DNA of 63,266 nucleotides, the filler included, from Conidiobolus incongruus B7586 (lineage: Eukaryota), in the NCBI GenBank assembly GCA_000697335.1. It is 4 parts of 4 records of this genome, joined end to end, with 100 filler letters (N's around TTAATTAATTAA, not from the genome) between each part and the next. Parts side by side here need not be neighbours in the genome. Positions count along the whole stretch, not along the records: positions 1 to 27,489 come from JNEM01006067.1; 3 more parts are not named here. One strand, given 5' to 3'. Positions 11,849-22,599 of this stretch are shown in pieces. The notes under the pieces were generated by a model, which saw only the letters and a program-made list of their open reading frames with translations, did no database searches and had not been told where the DNA came from. Positions within the stretch are counted from its first letter, which is position 1; each line of letters starts with the position of its first letter. Made by a program: the position numbers and the translations under genes.

Positions 11849-13327
11849 TAATCATATCTTATATTCACATTTTAATTATCAAATAATTCATAACAATATA
11901 TATTGAAAGTTAGATGTATTATTTCTAATCTACAGATTTTTAACTTTTCTAATATTTGATACTTCCTTGATTGCTATAATAATTGATAACCCTAACTTTT
12001 TGATTAATTTTTTGTTGAGGTATTATAAATAACGGTATTAAATATTTCAAAAAGAATTCTACCAACAAATTCATTAATTTATATTGATATATTTCAGGAA
12101 ATATCTTAAAATTTTAAATATGATATTTAAATTTGTTAGGTTTTTATATTTGTCGCTTAATTTATGATTTATGAAGTTAATATACATCAATACTAAATCT
12201 CTAACTAATATAAACACATATTTCTTATTGATAATTGTTTTGTATTTTTGAAACATAGAAATAAATTGTTTTCTGGCAAAAAAATCAATAATGTATTATG
12301 TAATTCGTGAATTGAGTTCAGATAGATATTACAATCCTTGTTTTCAAAATCATTTTTATCCCAATAAATAATTTAATTTCTGAATACATTGAATAATATC
12401 TTGCTAGTATTAAAAAATTATAGTATACATAATTTTGTCATAACTTCGTCCAATTAAGCTATATTTTAAATAATATTTTATATTAATTACGATTATACAA
12501 ATTAATGAGATATACATTATTTCAGATTTATTAAGATAGATCTTTAGAAAAAACTAAATAATTTACTATATTTAAAACTTAACATCCCATATATTTTTAT
12601 TAATTTTATTTTAGTGCTTGGTTTATTATATTGCGGTTCTACCGATTGCTAGTAGAAGGTTAATAATAGATAAAGAAGCGGCTTGTTTATGGTCTGTTTG
12701 GTAGTTTAGGTTAGAGTGTTTTATTGGGTTTGTTAAGGGTTTTATGGACTTCGCAAAAGACCAAAGGTGATGGTGCTAATGTATCTTTTATAAAATAATT
12801 GTCGGCTGTAGGTAATGTAAAGTAGTATATTGGGTTGCTAGAAGAATGAGATCTTGGAGCGGTGTGATGAGTCTTTTGGTGGTAAGACTCCATAAGGTAA
12901 TAGATCGCGAGATGAAGTTGGTGGAGTGAGTGACCATTTATATAGCCACAATATATATTGGAATAAAATCAATGTATGTTTAAATGAAAATTATTTGAAA
13001 ATATGATTTAATGGGGTTACTTCATGTTCGAAATATACTTAATAACAAAATATTAAGAAAATATATTCAGGCTTCATTTTGAGAAGTCAATAAAATGAAT
13101 TCAATTACTGAATATCTGATATAAAACTAAATAGATTTTTTAATATATTCTTAACTGCAACTGTGATTAGTGCGAATTAGAGTTACCAATTCAGTTTAAT
13201 TCGTTTTATAGTAAGTTTCAAATCTGCAGTAGAGTTACAAATTAGATTTCAACATAATCGAAGTCTTTTAAAGCTAAATTAAGCTAATATCAAATTATTC
13301 AATGTTAATTATTTTTGATACTTAGTT

Positions 13328-13750
13328 ATCCGTGGAATTACTTTATCTCCTCTTCTAGTTGCCATTTTTTGCAAGCTCTTCCAATGAGTATCAGAGGTCC
13401 TTAATGTGGAGAGATGGTGACAATAAAGTACATACATTGGAGTTACTCCATTTTTTGGATGTTGATCCCAATAATTATGAAATTGATGACATTGAAGAAA
13501 AGGTTGAAAAATCTCATGAATCCAAGGAACATCATAAGCATCATAATGATCTATTGGAAGGAGCTTTCAATGTTTTGTTATTACACATAGTGAAAACCAC
13601 CAAGGTAAAGGTGATAAAGGAATTGAATTAAATTCGCAAATTGAAAATGATAGCGATTTCGTGAATGTCTAGTTAAATGAAATAATAAAAAGGTTCTCAA
13701 ACTTAAAATTGATGATGATGAATCGGGAAATAAGGAGCTTAGTACAATTA
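13328..13750 (+). pseudogene. Disrupted secreted family member
   Basis: IRGITLSPLLVAIF (ATC in place of ATG) ... SLMWR, then after a frameshift GDKGIELNSQIENDSDFVNV*LNE/NNKKVLKLKIDDD, which matches KDKGIELRTDVEDEDDILDIGLDDNEEEVVDV of downstream paralogues. Confidence 0.7.
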
Positions 13751-14978
13751 AAAATAATTATTGCATCAATTGGGTACTCAAAATAGATGGTTCAAGTCTA
13801 AACTTAGACCTGAACCGCATTTCTAATCTGAATCTGAAAGATCAGTTTCCAAAATACCATGCACTTTAATGACTTTTCAATTTTCAATCCTATTATTAAG
13901 ATTACTTATTTTTTCTCGGATTATAAGGCCATTTTAATAATTTTACAATTTTATTGACCATTCAGCATTTAAATGGTAATAAATTATTTTCTATATTTCA
14001 TACAATTTTTGTGATATAAATTAATCCAATACATTTCCTTTTAAATATCTAATATTTATATTAACAATAATTGAATACAAAAGTTAATGCTCTAATTTAA
14101 TATTGATAATAATCAAAATTAATGGAGACTTTATAAATTTCGATTATATGACTGAATCTGCAAAAGGTATTCTTTATTATTAATAAATCGTTGTATCCAA
14201 TTCAATAAAATTAAATTATATTTGAGAAAAAATTCAATTACATTCAGATAACACCTGATATTTTGTACATGATAATAAAAATGATATAAAAGTTCTTTAA
14301 TAATAGCTATTATTATTTTAGTTTGAATAAATATACACCCTATATTAGAATAAAAATGAAATAAAATCTAAATCATAATTTCATCCAATTTAGACATTGA
14401 AAATACTCTTTATTGAATCATTGATATACCATTTTCAATTGATTGAAGTTTCATCTATAACCCCAGGTTATTTGAGTATTTCAATATTTAATCAATAAAA
14501 ATGATCAAACACCCAAAAAATTAATTATAGATAAACTATTATAATTTTACTATTTTTCTATTTTGATTATTAGGAAGAATCAATTCAGTTCCAATTTATT
14601 AACCAATTTCTATATTGAGTCAATTATCCACATGATAATAAATATTAAAGATTAGAAGATATCGAGATAAAAAATCAGTATATTTCAGTATTATTTTAAA
14701 ATCGGTAATAAAATTTTAAATGATTAATTATATTATATAATATTATATGCAATTTCCCCAAAGATAATTGTTTAATATTATCACTAATATTGAACCATTC
14801 AATATTATTAAATGTTCATAAATTTGTCATATTTGAATATCATAAACATAGATCCTCCAATCAATTAATTGATATCGTATAAACAATTCAATTGGATTCT
14901 TGAGATATATAAGCAGATTTTAAGTACCGTAAAAAATTAAAATATTGCAATTCAATCTATATATATATATATTTAATA

Positions 14979-15749
14979 ATGCACACTACTACATTATTCA
15001 GTTTACTCCTAACTAGTTTAATTGCTACTCCCATTACTCCTTCGGAACATTCATTGATACGTCGATTAGACCTATTGAATAGGTTAATCGAAGTAGATGC
15101 TTTGGATGCCCTTGATATTGGAGGCATTACTGGTCGTGAATCCCGTCACCCTCGCGAAAAAGAAGATGGAATCAATTTGGATGCTAGGATCGAAGAGGAT
15201 GAAGATTTGGCCGAGCTTGAATTAGATGATGAAGCTAATGATATTGCTGGCATTCAGATCTTGGAGGAAGAGATACCTGAAGAGCCCGCTGAAGAGCCAG
15301 AAGAGCCTGAGGAATCTGAACAACTCGAAGAGTCTGAAGAGCCTATGTATGAAGATGATGATGAATATAATGATGAATATGATGATGAATATGATGGCAA
15401 ATACGGTCGCTATCCTGGAGGATATAACGACCGCTATGATGGAGGCAGATATCGTAGCTATGACGTTGGATACAGTGGTGATTACGGCAATGGTTACTAT
15501 GATAACTATAATGGTGGTTATAATGGAGATTATGATAATAGAATGTATCCAGGATATTTCAAAGATTATAATGGTGGTTATCGTAACGGCTATAGCGGTG
15601 GATATGGTAATGGTTATAACGGTGGATATGGTAAGAGCTATGATGGAGGTTATGATAATGGCTATAGCCGAGGCTATAGTGACAGCAATGGTTACAATGG
15701 AGGATATGATCGATACAATGGTGATTATGGTCCATATGGTGAATATTAG
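14979..15749 (+). CDS. 256-aa secreted family member with Tyr/Gly/Asn/Asp-rich tail
   Basis: Signal MHTTTLFSLLLTSLIATP, SLIRR pro-site, family module, EEPEE linker and (G/N)GY repeats. TATA-like element at ~14906. Confidence 0.9.
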   Translation: MHTTTLFSLLLTSLIATPITPSEHSLIRRLDLLNRLIEVDALDALDIGGITGRESRHPREKEDGINLDARIEEDEDLAELELDDEANDIAGIQILEEEIPEEPAEEPEEPEESEQLEESEEPMYEDDDEYNDEYDDEYDGKYGRYPGGYNDRYDGGRYRSYDVGYSGDYGNGYYDNYNGGYNGDYDNRMYPGYFKDYNGGYRNGYSGGYGNGYNGGYGKSYDGGYDNGYSRGYSDSNGYNGGYDRYNGDYGPYGEY

Positions 15750-16669
15750 TACTATCCAACTCCATCTAATCGGTTTATCAACAAAGACTTTGATTATACT
15801 TCAATCATCCAACTTAGATATTTTATATCTTTAAATATTCATTGAATTTCTCTTTTAATTACTTTTATAATAAATAGCATAATTATTCACTTCTCAGAAT
15901 TAAATCATGTAAAACCAATTGCCTTCTTTTTTTGAAAAGAAAAAACTATCATTAAAATCATTTTTAGGCCTTATATATATATATATATATATTAATAATT
16001 TACTTGGATAATTTGTTTATTAATTTTATTAAAATCTTTAAATTAATAAATATTCCAATTGACATTTATTTTTGAATCAATATGTTATTAATGATAACTA
16101 TATTCATATAATTTTTTGATATTAATGAGTATAAAAAATTCACTATCCTTACAATATTAGATTTTGTGGTATAATTTATCTGATTTATATAAGCTTTATA
16201 TTAATCAAATTTATATCCCTTTATGAATATCAATTAAATATAGAGTTGTTCTTTATTCGATCTGATTTTTGGATTAGGTTTTTAGTAATTGAGTTAATAA
16301 ACTGAGTTGAATTCAATGTTAATTATTGTGTTGGAATCATAAATAATATTAAAAAAAAAATAACATTAAATTCTAAAAATATTTATAATTCGATATCTTA
16401 CAGCACAATAAACAATATTGATATAAACACTACAGAATTGAAAAAGAGTAATTTGGTGACTTAAAAATTGACAATTTTTATATATGTGGAGTTGTTAGCA
16501 AAACAATAGATTTGATCTAAAAAAATAAATCTCCAAATATATAATAATTATATAATCAATGATTGATGATTTGATAACAAAATAAGTCATTTGAATTTTT
16601 ATTAATATTGATCGACAAAGTTAGGATTACAAATTATCAACATTGAAATGGTTGCATTTTTATATATAA

Positions 16670-19600
16670 ATCTGATGTGAGGACTAAAGTCATCATATTA
16701 TTTACTCATTGCTTTAATTCATCTTATATTTATTGTTTAACTATATGCATTCAACTATTTTGTTCGTTCTATTAGTTTCTAGTTTAATTGCTACCCCCCT
16801 TCCTGCTCCAAGTCATGCTTTGACTCGTCGTATCGATGCTTTGAAAGGATTGGACTTGGGAGATTTAGGTCTCATAAATGATATCTTGAAACTTGGTGAA
16901 AAACATCCTAAAAAGCAGCATCCTTCAAAAGATAAAGGAATTGAGTTGCGAACTGATGTTGAAGATGAAGATGATATATTAGATATTGGCCTGGATGATA
17001 ACGAAGAGGAAGTTGTTGATGTAGCTGTTTTGGAAGAAGAGCCTGAGCAGCTGGATGAACCCGAAGAATCTGAAGAATCTAAAGAGTCTGAAGATTCCGA
17101 AGAATATGAAAGTGAAGATTATGAAGATTATGAAGATTATGAAGGCGAGTACGATGAAGATGTATACGATGGCCAGAGGTATGGAAAGAAATCCAATGGC
17201 TATAAAGGAGACTATGGCAATGATGGTTATGATGGGAGATATGACTATCATTATAATGATGGACATGGTGGCTATAATCGCGAATACGATAGCTATGATG
17301 GAGAGTATGATGAGTATTACGGCGACTATGACGGCTATGATGGTGATTATCGCCAATACAATTTATACTGAATTTATGAAATCCAATCTGATTTAGAACA
17401 TTCACTAATGTATGTATATAACAAATAACATCAACGTATCATAGTTCAATGCATAGCTCATTCAATATATATTATTTTTCATTTTAGAATCACTAATTGA
17501 ATAAAAATCATTAAATTTGAAATTCATTTAATTATCCTTTTATTGTTGGTCAATTTCAAGTTTCATAATTTATAAAATGATATACATCAAATGAAATCAA
17601 AATGGTATAATGAATTTATTTACAGCTACATCAACATCACTTGATTTGATTTGATACAACTCTTATCCTATGTTCGATGTTTAGTTAGCATCGATAAAAT
17701 ATAAATGAAATCTTATTACAAATAATGGGCGTCAAATTATACCTTGAAATTATTGAAAACATAAATGTATTTCTAAAAATTTATTATTACCGATATAATC
17801 ATATTATTACTATTTTGGATATTTTTGAATCTACTTATATTAAGTATTTATACATTTTTATTCTCATTTTTGAATCAATTACTTTAAAATTTTTAATTAG
17901 AGCTAATTAAATGAATATATGAACTTTGGCTTATTATATTTTGAAATTTTCAAGTGTATGTTATATTTATTAGTTTTATTAGATAAATTTGAGATTTTTC
18001 AGTCAGTTGAGCTCCTGTTATAACAAAATTAGGACAGGGCCACAGAAATTTTTGAATTTAATGTTTTTGCATTTATATGAGTATTAGAAATTATAGTCAT
18101 TTTATTAATGAGGTAAAATTAGCAAATTTTTTAATATATAAACTATACTGTAATTTATAATCAATACCATGATAAAAAGTAAAATAATCAAGTTTTTAAG
18201 AAATACTACTCATATTTATTTGTAGAATTGTTGTAGGACAGTTTCTTTTGAAATAATGAAAGTTGAACCACATCTATTTGTATATCAAAGATTTTTATTC
18301 CAATTCTTTTAAAGGTAATATTTTATCAAATTTAATTGAATTTATTTTTGTATTTTATTAACTTATTTTTGATGGATTGAAAGCATATATTTCAACTATC
18401 CTTATATTTTAACTTTTTTATAATGATAGGTTTTCAAATGATAGTTATTATAACATTGAATTTCTCAATGCAATTAGGTTTGATTCAATATGAAACTTCT
18501 AATAAAGATATTACTTTTTATAAAGTAATTTTTTACTGTACTTAATCTTATCAATTAAATTTTATAATGAATAATTAATAATTGTAATACCTTTATATTC
18601 ATTATAAAAAGTCACTGTAAACTGGTATAACAATCTCTATTATGATTATTATATATTGGGTACATAATAATCCAATATCAGAATAAATAATCAAAAAATA
18701 CCAATTATATTTCACTAATTCATCCAATTCAAAATAGAGTAGATCCTTTATAGAATGAGAAATATCAAAACATTTGTCATTATTATCTCACTAATACTGC
18801 TCCTTAATAAGTAGTAAATAGTTTCAAATAAATGTTGTATATGCTTGATATAAGTAAAATTTTATTCTCTCTTGATCCTAGATAATAAACTTAAATCAAC
18901 ATATTGATGAATATATAAGAATATAGTGTATGAATATTGAAAATAGTTTATTTATCAAATAGAATATAATATTTATTGGATTTGATTAAACTTACTAAAC
19001 ATAAATTTTATATTACATTGACCAACTTCATAAACTAACTAATGTGACAATTAAAATGAAAAATTATAAATTGATGATCTCTATTGAGATTATCATTTAA
19101 TAACAAGGATAGCATTTATTGTTTTGATAGTATATTTATAGTAAATATCGATATAGAAATTAAGTGATTATGAAAGATAATTAATGTGCTATTGTTCTTA
19201 TTATAATCTTTCATGATTGGTGAAAATTTATACACAATCAACTATATACAGCTTGAACATTGAATTATGTAAATAAATGATCGTGATTTAAATTGGGATC
19301 AACATTGATAAAGGAAATTCAATTTATAAATTGTAAACATCTCAATAAATAAAGGTTATATATAAATGAGATCTGATGTAAGGACTAAAGTCATCATATT
19401 ATTTATTCATTGCTTTAATTCATCTTATATTTATTGTTTAAATATATGCATTCAACTACTTTGTTCGTTCTATTAGTTTCTAGTTTAATTGCTACCCCCC
19501 TTCCTGCTCCAAGTCATGCTTTGACTCGTCGTATCGATGCTTTGAAAGGATTGGACTTGGGAGATTTAGGTCTCATAAATGATATCTTGAAACTTGGTGA

Positions 19601-19862
19601 AAAACATCCTAAAAAGCAGCATCCTTCAAAAGATAAAGGAATTGAGTTGCGAACTGATGTTGAAGATGAAGATGATATATTAGATATTGGCCTGGATGAT
19701 AACGAAGAGGAAGTTGTTGATGTAGCTGTTTTGGAAGAAGAGCCTGAGCAGCTGGATGAACCCGAAGAATCTGAAGAATCTAAAGAGTCTGAAGATTCCG
19801 AAGAATATGAAAGTGAAGATTATGAAGATTATGAAGATTATGAAGGCGAGTACGATGAAGAT
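16670..19862 (+). repeat. ~490-bp near-identical direct repeat (16670-17162 and 19371-19862)
   Basis: Direct comparison at offset 2701 shows only a handful of mismatches. Confidence 0.93.
16745..17371 (+). CDS. 208-aa secreted family member with Tyr/Asp/Gly-rich tail
   Basis: First ATG at 16745 (the ORF track starts at an upstream TTG). Signal peptide, ALTRR, module and YD/YG tail present. TATATATAAA at 16661. Confidence 0.9.
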   Translation: MHSTILFVLLVSSLIATPLPAPSHALTRRIDALKGLDLGDLGLINDILKLGEKHPKKQHPSKDKGIELRTDVEDEDDILDIGLDDNEEEVVDVAVLEEEPEQLDEPEESEESKESEDSEEYESEDYEDYEDYEGEYDEDVYDGQRYGKKSNGYKGDYGNDGYDGRYDYHYNDGHGGYNREYDSYDGEYDEYYGDYDGYDGDYRQYNLY

Positions 19863-20024
19863 GAATACGATGGTCATAGATATGGAAAGAAACCCGATGG
19901 TTATAAACGAGGCTATGACAGTGATGAATATAACCGAGGATATGATTACCGATACAACAACAATTATGACGGATATGATTATGAATATGACGGAGATAGT
20001 GGTGATTATGAAGACTACAATTGA
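19446..20024 (+). CDS. 192-aa secreted family member, close paralogue of 16745-17371
   Basis: First ATG at 19446. The first ~139 codons are almost identical to the previous gene; the tail has diverged. Confidence 0.9.
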   Translation: MHSTTLFVLLVSSLIATPLPAPSHALTRRIDALKGLDLGDLGLINDILKLGEKHPKKQHPSKDKGIELRTDVEDEDDILDIGLDDNEEEVVDVAVLEEEPEQLDEPEESEESKESEDSEEYESEDYEDYEDYEGEYDEDEYDGHRYGKKPDGYKRGYDSDEYNRGYDYRYNNNYDGYDYEYDGDSGDYEDYN

Positions 20025-22599
20025 GAATATGCCCCTTAAAGTAGATATTATTATAATCAAACTCATATTAATAATGATTTAGAGGATATATTTTTTTACC
20101 ATTTCATCCAATCGTGTTTAAAAATAATAAATATTATTTTACGTTTAAAATAGCTTTATATCTTATAATCATAACAAAACTTTCTTAATATGATATATCA
20201 CTGATTTCGATTTATACTAATCATTAGTGGATTTAAAATTGCTAAAAAATTCAATTGTCATATTTTCAAATAACTTAAAATTTCTGAAGATATAATAATA
20301 TTATAACAAGACAGGAACCTCTAATTTCATCAAGTATCCTTATTAAATCAACTCAATATAATGATCATTTTTCCCTCGCATACAGATTCGCTTACTCTTT
20401 CTTAGATTTGCTATTCAGCGAAGCCACCACAGTAACTTCTAAACCACTTTACCCGACATACATTATAAAACCGGAATTTGGATGATTCAAATCAAGATCA
20501 GCCTTATAAGGGCCCTCTCCCCTAGTTGACAAAATCAATAAAATTCCCTTTTACCCATCTTATAGCCAAATATCCCGGACCACCCCTCTGTACTAATTCT
20601 GATCAAGACAATGCTTTCCCAAGTAGTGCCAATATCATGATTTCATTAAAAAAACAAATTTAAAATTAATAATTGTTTAATAAATTGAATGAAATTTAAA
20701 AATTGTGATGATTTCAATTTGAATGTTATATTCAATTCCAAGTTTTCATTAATAAGATTATAATATAACATTTATATATATCATGGAGTCAATACTTTAT
20801 AATGGTCAGGTGAAACGATTCAAATATACATTTTTCTAATTTATTTATTATATATATCAAGTAACAAATGATAATATAGTTTTTTTTCGAAATTAATAAA
20901 ATGATTTTGATATTTTGGATTTAATCCACCTACAGTTTGTTTTGATGATGTTATATTTCAGGTTATGATGCTCAATTATTTCTTATATCCCCTCCATATA
21001 TCTTTATACTTTAATATATTATTATGAAATTTATCTGATATTGTCACTTAATGTTGTATAAATAATTTTATTTAATATTTTCTTCCGTGTACTTTTTATT
21101 AAGTGAATTTAAATATTTTGATATTTAAGCTATAGATTCTTTACAAATACTATTCAAAAAAACTATAATAATTTTCTAATTATTAAATTGCGATGAATTG
21201 ATCATTAGGTATTGAAGAATATAATAGATATAAAACGTTCATCTTAATATTTTGTCTAGACATATTCCTAATAAATGTAACCTAAATTTGTAAATTTAAA
21301 AAGATATTTAATTCAAACTCACAGATAATGGAATTTATGATAATTTATAGAGTGAATTGAATATACCATTTTTTTACTTCAAGGGACTTGAACTTACTGA
21401 TAATCGTTTTATAGTCACTAAAATTTCATTTTTATTATAAACATATTGATGCGTAATACAACTGATTAATTGTTTATATTTATTATAATGTTAATATTAA
21501 TCATATAATTATCGGTTTAATTCTCATTCTTTTTATCATTTGTAAAACTCATCTTTAGCATATTCGAACCCTTACTAAATTTTTCAAAGGTTAACATTGA
21601 TAATTTCAGAAAATATTAAAAATTAAATATTTTTGTTTATATTCTGTTGCTTTATCAATTAAACTGTACCAACTATTTATTAAACGGTTATATTATCAAT
21701 TATCTCTCAATTTTATCCAACTTCCAAAAATTCTGGACAGTTAGGTTTTAATGATTTTAGCTTTCATTAACATAGATTATTCAATTCAAATATTGCATTT
21801 TACACTTATTCATAATAAAATAATATTGTTTAAACTAATATAAGAGCCTTTGAGTTAATCTTTATATTTCGTCGCTTTGAACTTTTGTTTTTTTAATTGT
21901 GTCAATTATATTTGATCAATTTTTGGTTCTAATTGAGTATTTAGTTAAATAGCGAGAATATTCAAATGTTAATTGACCGGTGAGGTCTACTTTCGCGTTC
22001 AACCAGTAAACAATTTTTATTATTTCAAGGGTTTATATAATTTCTAACCAAATTACCAGTTAAACAATCGCTAGTTATGAATTACCTTGGTTTTTAAAAC
22101 GAGATGTTGAAGCGTGAAGATTGTGTAATTATTAATAAAATAATTCAAATATCATAATTGATTTTTTGAGTAATATTTTTTGGGATTATAATCAAATTAA
22201 TATATATCTCTAAAACTTAAACTTATTCCTTTGTATTACACAGCTTTAAATCTTTCAATAGCTCTTTATCAAAATTTTCGATTAATCTGAAAATCATCGA
22301 ATATTTCATAATCAACCAAAATTAGTCATTATTAATTTCTATTTGAAAGATCAAGCTTTTCTAAAATTTCAAAAATGATTATCAAAGCGAAAGTTTTAAG
22401 GATTAATCACTGAATATTATTATGGTAATAATACTAAATTCAAAAAATATAATATAAAATATATTCTATTTGATTTAAGGCTCTTATTTTTTATTTTTGG
22501 GATTTATTATTATTAATGATATTACCCTTATTCAGATATCTTTTGACGTTTCGAAATTAGCATGTCCTAAATATCATTTAATAAATTTGTTTGACAAAC

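Noticed and set aside
12610..12950. Strand-skewed island with a 60-aa ORF
   Set aside because: Multiple stops and no identifiable homology; may be a TE scrap.
18004..18050. CAGTTGAGCTCCTGTTATAAC, resembling a pogo/Tigger-type terminus
   Set aside because: No matching inverted copy or transposase motif found.
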